Shown here piece after piece: positions 8,150-12,014 of a stretch of DNA of 12,014 nt. Each line of letters opens with the position of its first letter. Position 1 is the first letter of the stretch. A program made the position numbers and the translations under genes. Source of the stretch: Gammaproteobacteria bacterium (GTDB lineage Bacteria; Pseudomonadota; Gammaproteobacteria; GCA-001735895); NCBI GenBank assembly GCA_050298595.1, contig JBNKUM010000036.1, positions 1 through 12,014 on the forward strand, in the 5' to 3' direction. Below the pieces are notes generated by a model, which had not been told where the DNA came from, ran no database searches, and saw nothing but the letters and a program-made list of their open reading frames with translations.

Positions 8150-8785
8150 TTGGTTTCGATAACTAATAATTTAAGGCAAAAATTGAATTCAAGAAATTTT
8201 GCTATTGTCTCCTATTTATTTGCGATTTTTGTGGTTTATTTTTTATATTCGCCAAATATTGCAATTAATGCGATTAAAAGCTCTATCCAGAACAAAGATG
8301 TTGAGATATTGGATAATTACGTCGATTTCGGCTCGATACATCAGAGTATTAACGAGCAAATCAAAACAGAGCTTATTTTTAGAGCCCTCTCACAAAAAAA
8401 TCAAACGAATACTTCAAATCAGCTCTTAATGATTGAGGTTTCTAGAGTTATACAAATGGTCGAAGATTTTACAGGGGCAATTTTGTCTAAAGATGGATTA
8501 AATAGGGTTTTTCAGTCTAGTAAAGTATCAAAGAAGAGAGCTTCATTAAATTATCTTGAAAATATAAAGTCAAAGAATTTTGTAGGTGAAGACCTCTCAA
8601 TGGGATCGTTCGGGGAGATATTGCTTAACGGTAAAAGTTTAAATGGGCGACCTTTTCAGATGTCATTTAAATTCAGATACTTTCGATGGGTTTTAACTGG
8701 CATTAATATTGACCTAAGCGATATTACTAATCGAGAAGTTGTTCTTTTTATTAGGCAATTTCAACAGGATGCTGCTGTTAACTGA
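8150..8785 (+). CDS. DUF2939-like membrane-anchored protein
   Basis: N-terminal TM segment followed by YSPNIAINAIKSSIQNKDVEILDNYVDFGSIHQSINEQI, resembling the SP...A....D...L...VDF..L..S...Q pattern. C-terminal W.LTGI. The TTG start is uncertain. Confidence 0.65.
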   Translation: MVSITNNLRQKLNSRNFAIVSYLFAIFVVYFLYSPNIAINAIKSSIQNKDVEILDNYVDFGSIHQSINEQIKTELIFRALSQKNQTNTSNQLLMIEVSRVIQMVEDFTGAILSKDGLNRVFQSSKVSKKRASLNYLENIKSKNFVGEDLSMGSFGEILLNGKSLNGRPFQMSFKFRYFRWVLTGINIDLSDITNREVVLFIRQFQQDAAVN

Positions 8786-8818
8786 GCTGCCAATATACGG
8801 GCAAAGGAAATGCTAAAA

Positions 8819-8866
8819 ATGAAGGTGTAAGTGGTAGGAGGTTCGGACTATATTGGTTCAAATATG
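8819..8866 (+). pseudogene. galE: Degenerate 5' stub of UDP-glucose 4-epimerase (16 codons)
   Basis: MKV*VVGGSDYIGSNM versus MKVLVVGGAGYIGSHM at 11811. An AAGGA sequence lies upstream. Confidence 0.8.
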
Positions 8867-9035
8867 CACGCAAAGTGGACCGAAATGCCTTTTGGTGTAA
8901 TGCTTAAAAGGTTGCAGGGAAAAGCTGGTTGAAAATTTGAGTTGTTAATCGGATGATTTCCGATTATTTATTAAATATTGAGACTTCTTGGTGCTCGAAC
9001 TTCGTTTAGCGGCGTTTGGTGCTGTGCCTTTTTCA

Positions 9036-9298
9036 CATGGTGCTTTATATATCGGAGTGACTTCAAATTTGGTTCAGAGGGGATGGCAACATAAGGAGGG
9101 TGTTATCGATGGATTTACGCATAAATATACCGCTAAAACTCTGGTTTGATATGAGCAGCATGAGGAAATGAAAAGCGCCATTCGAAGAGAAAAAAACCTA
9201 AAGAAATGGAATAGAAAGTGGAAAGTGGAAAGTGGAAACTGGAATTAATTGAAGGTATGAATCCTGAGTGGCTTGATTTATATTTGGATTTGTTCTGA
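9036..9298 (+). pseudogene. Small stand-alone GIY-YIG nuclease pseudogene, 5'-truncated
   Basis: HGALYIGVTSNLVQRGWQHKEGVIDGFTHKYTAKTLV*YEQHEEMKSAIRREKNLKKWNRKWK/LELIEGMNPEWLDLYLDLF*. TGA at 9147 and a frameshift from a GAAAGTG x3 expansion (9214-9234). Not in the ORF track. Confidence 0.92.
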
Positions 9299-9304
9299 AG
9301 TTTT

Positions 9305-9512
9305 CGTCATTACCTGGCGTGATCGGGTAACCTAGAGAGGAGTTTCGGTTAGATGGATCCCCGGGTCGAGCTCGAGGATGACGCTTTTTAGGGCGTATAC
9401 TGTTTGCCCTGTGTGACCGGCTCTCTCGGTGTGATTATCGTCATTATCCGGCGTAACAGGGTCTTTCGGCATCATTATTATCGTCATTACCCGGTGTGAC
9501 CGGGTAATCCAG
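9305..9512. repeat. CGTC-tagged REP-like array 3
   Basis: Forward unit at 9305, inverted unit near 9354-9383, forward units near 9439 and 9482. Begins 6 bp after the GIY-YIG stop codon. Confidence 0.9.
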
Positions 9513-9595
9513 AATATGTCGATTCTTTTCAAGTTTTTCAAGCGGCTAAAGTCAGCGATGAAATCTGAACCTGCGAAGAGTTCTATATTTACTAA

Positions 9596-9793
9596 AAAGA
9601 TAGGTCTGAAAAATTCAAATTATTTGAAAAAGAAGGGGCGAGGTATTACCTGATCGTTGATCCCCCATCTCTGGATATGAAAGTATACGATTTGTTCGAA
9701 GGGCACTATATCAAACGAGTTAATGCTAGCAATGAGCTTCTTGATTTCGATATTAGTGAGTGCAAATTTCAGGTAATTCTGGCGAAAATGAGG
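9596..9793 (+). pseudogene. Uma2 family endonuclease 3' fragment
   Basis: KDRSEKFKLFEKEGARYYLIVDPPSLDMKVYDLFEGHYIKRVNASNELLDFDISECKFQVILAKM, clearly homologous at DNA level to 11441-11611. Ends at a MITE terminus. Confidence 0.88.
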
Positions 9794-9874
9794 TCTAGAT
9801 TCTGCAGTTGACTGTTCGCATTATTGGGTAACCCACTGTTGTGTAAGCGATTACATTCGATTTATCTTTTCACG
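9794..9874 (-). mobile_element. Partial MITE-1 family copy (right end, inverted relative to 1582-1912)
   Basis: CTAGATTCTGCAGTTGACTGTTCGCAT...CCACTGTT...ATTACATTCGATTTATCTTT aligns with the reverse complement of about 1831-1912. Confidence 0.85.
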
Positions 9875-10012
9875 CTCCTATGCATCCGTGCATTCGCGAA
9901 ATAACAGCATCCATGCTGAAAACGCTCCTATGCATCGGTTCTGGCCTCCTCGGTTCAGGCATCCTGCTTCGATCTAACTCCTCCCTCCCTGGAGTCGTGC
10001 TTCGCTCTACTA
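9870..10012 (+). repeat. Cluster of nested short GCATCC-type repeats including 48-bp cassette copy 2 (9950-9997)
   Basis: ACGCTCCTATGCATC occurs twice (about 9872 and 9922), plus CAGCATCCATGCTG. The 48-bp cassette sits inside a degenerate copy of itself. Confidence 0.8.
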
Positions 10013-10287
10013 CTTACGATGGATTTGGGTATTTGAGTAGGTTGCAATTTGAAATTCATGGGTGTATTTTAGTCGCCTAATAAGGATTTATCGATTAATC
10101 AACAAGGAGTTAGTTATGTTTAGTATTAAACCTGTTCTCATTATTTCACCCTTTCATATTTCTTTAGCTCTGCTGGCTATCTGAGTACGTAATTAAGGGC
10201 TAATAGAAAACATTTGAATTTTCCATATTTTAGATAGTATTTAAAATCCACAAAGAGTCTAAAATTCAATGACATAAGGAGTATGTT

Positions 10288-10962
10288 ATGATCAAATCAA
10301 GATACATTTTCTTACTATTCTCATTTCTTTTTTCTTCTGTTCACGCGAGCATAATTGTATTCACTGATTTTGATAGCTGGAGTACAAGCGTTAGTAAATC
10401 ACAGTTGATTTTTGAAGAATTTGAAGGGGGTAACACAAACTTCCTCTCTGATTCTGTCGACAATCAAATGGGCCTGTTGTCAATTAGCGTGAATGGTGGA
10501 GGCAGTGATCCTGGGCCAACAGGATTAGCGGGTAATGGTTTTTTTCAGTCTGAGGTGGATTCTTCCGGTAACGATGAGTTATCAATCAGTTTTAATTTTA
10601 CTCGTTCGTGGGGTTTTGCTGTATTTGGGTTGCAAAATGATTCACTTAGCAACGCCTCGTCATTAGCTCTTGATGAGTTAGCAATATCGATAGGAACGGA
10701 TAACTGGATTCTTGACAATATTATTGGAGAGTCGGAATCTGATATTCCTTTTCTTGGTTTTGTTTCTGATGAGTTAATTGATTCTTTTTCACTCTTTCAT
10801 GCGGCAGCAATCAGTGGGGTCACTCGAACCAGTGAAGAGTTTTATATTGATCGAATAGCTATTGCATCACCCCTGGCTGTGCCTGAGCCATCTATATTAT
10901 CGATTATGCTGATTGGATTGGCTTTACTTTTTGGTAACAGGTTGGTCGCCCCGAATAGGTAA
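10288..10962 (+). CDS. PEP-CTERM sorting domain-containing protein
   Basis: TAAGGAG RBS, signal peptide ending SVHA, acidic Ser/Gly-rich body, C-terminal VPEPSILSIMLIGLALLFG with basic residues after the TM segment. Confidence 0.93.
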   Translation: MIKSRYIFLLFSFLFSSVHASIIVFTDFDSWSTSVSKSQLIFEEFEGGNTNFLSDSVDNQMGLLSISVNGGGSDPGPTGLAGNGFFQSEVDSSGNDELSISFNFTRSWGFAVFGLQNDSLSNASSLALDELAISIGTDNWILDNIIGESESDIPFLGFVSDELIDSFSLFHAAAISGVTRTSEEFYIDRIAIASPLAVPEPSILSIMLIGLALLFGNRLVAPNR

Positions 10963-11118
10963 AAGATCATTGAAATATAGTAAGTACTCTTATACTACTA
11001 ACCCTAATATTGTGTGTTCATATTTGATCTACGGGATATATAAAAGAAAATATGCATTCTTTATCACCAAATGCAAAAATAACTAGTGTTAAGGTGAATG
11101 TAATTTAAGAGGATAGTT

Positions 11119-11614
11119 ATGGGTTCGCCAGATATTACCAATTTACCCCATTATACCTGGAATGATTACCAGTGTTGGGGGGATTGGGAATTTATTGATG
11201 GTATAGCCTATGCGAAGAGCCCAGCCCCCAGTATTTTTGCATCAATCGATAAGTCAAAAAGTTGCAGCTCAATTTGAGTTGGCCCTAACTTCATGTAAGG
11301 TTTGCCAGGCTTTACTACCCGTTGACTGGAAAATTGATGATACTGTTTTGCGGTCTGATAATTTGATTGTCTGTGATATTACGGGGAATTATTTAACCAA
11401 AGCCCCTCAACTTATCGTAGAAATTCTATTAAAAATATATGAAGAAGAAGGGGGGAGGTATTACCTGATAGTTGATCCTCAAGCTCAGGTTGTGAAAGTG
11501 TACGACTTGTTCGAAGGGAGCTATATCAAAAGACTTGATGCTAGCCATGAGCTTCTTGATTTCGATATTGCTGAGTGCAATATTCAGGCGGATCTGGCGA
11601 TAATTTGGCCGTAA
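11119..11614 (+). pseudogene. Uma2 family endonuclease pseudogene 3
   Basis: AGAGGA RBS then MGSPDITNLPHYTWNDYQCWGDWEFIDGIAYAKSPAPSI, a frameshift in the T5 run 11234-11238, and apparent loss of the SPST...D...K segment after LIVEIL. Confidence 0.9.
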
Positions 11615-11810
11615 CGATTTGATTAGTATGTTATAAGTTGTTTTTAATATTTGTCAGTAATTTTCTACACCTCCATAGCACCAGGTTCTGTTTTTAGAGC
11701 CCCTCAATCAAGGACTCGAAAACCCTCGCAATGAACATGAGATGATTCTGTTTTGCAATACCCTATATGATAAGATCCATCAAATTTAATAACGAAATTA
11801 TTTACTTAGT

Positions 11811-12014
11811 ATGAAGGTGTTAGTAGTAGGAGGAGCTGGCTATATCGGCTCACATATGGTCAAAATGCTGGGCAAAACTGGTCATCATGTTGTGACGCTG
11901 GATAATCTATCTACGGGTTATCGTGACGCAGTCAAATATGGTGATTTTGTTGAAGGGGATATTTCAAATTCAGAATTTCTGGACAGCGTTTTTTCGAGTA
12001 ACGAGTTTGATGGT
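11811..12014 (+). CDS. galE: UDP-glucose 4-epimerase GalE, partial (runs off the right edge)
   Basis: MKVLVVGGAGYIGSHMVKMLGKTGHHVVTLDNLSTGYRDAVKYGDFVEGDI..., open to the window edge. Confidence 0.93.
   Translation, partial: MKVLVVGGAGYIGSHMVKMLGKTGHHVVTLDNLSTGYRDAVKYGDFVEGDISNSEFLDSVFSSNEFDG

Noticed and set aside
10185-10287. Sigma-54 promoter often found before PEP-CTERM genes
   Set aside because: No convincing TGGCAC-N5-TTGC motif is visible.
2000-11810. Integron cassette array or prophage
   Set aside because: No integrase or phage genes, and the hairpins lack recognisable attC RYYYAAC...GTTRRRY boundaries.
11615-11810. Possible gene remnants in intergenic stretches (also 1424-1576 and 8867-9035)
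   Set aside because: Manual translation gave no recognisable family motif. A BLASTx search would be needed.

Overview
An AT-rich, probably gammaproteobacterial, surface-polysaccharide (O-antigen/EPS) locus that has been heavily remodelled by mobile DNA. Intact or near-intact genes: an AAA_14/DUF4143 ATPase whose 5' end is cut by an IS66 element, an O-antigen ligase/Wzy_C-family gene on the opposite strand, a WbpM/CapD-type NDP-sugar 4,6-dehydratase, a DUF2939-like protein, a PEP-CTERM protein and the start of galE. Remnants between them: two divergent broken copies of a phosphoglycosyl (sugar) transferase, a degenerate galE 5' stub, three Uma2-family nuclease remnants and a GIY-YIG nuclease pseudogene. 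Non-coding elements: three arrays of CGTC-tagged palindromic (REP-like) repeats, two MITEs with different terminal repeats and clear target duplications, a partial third MITE, and a 48-bp cassette that inserts at TCC^TGC, including into a copy of itself. The most interesting signals are the GIY-YIG gene abutting a CGTC-REP array, a twice-repeated 'gene stub - REP array - surface cargo - Uma2 - gene' layout, a covarying structured module shared by unrelated MITEs, and the self-nesting 48-bp cassette. All family calls come from motif recognition by eye; no searches were run.
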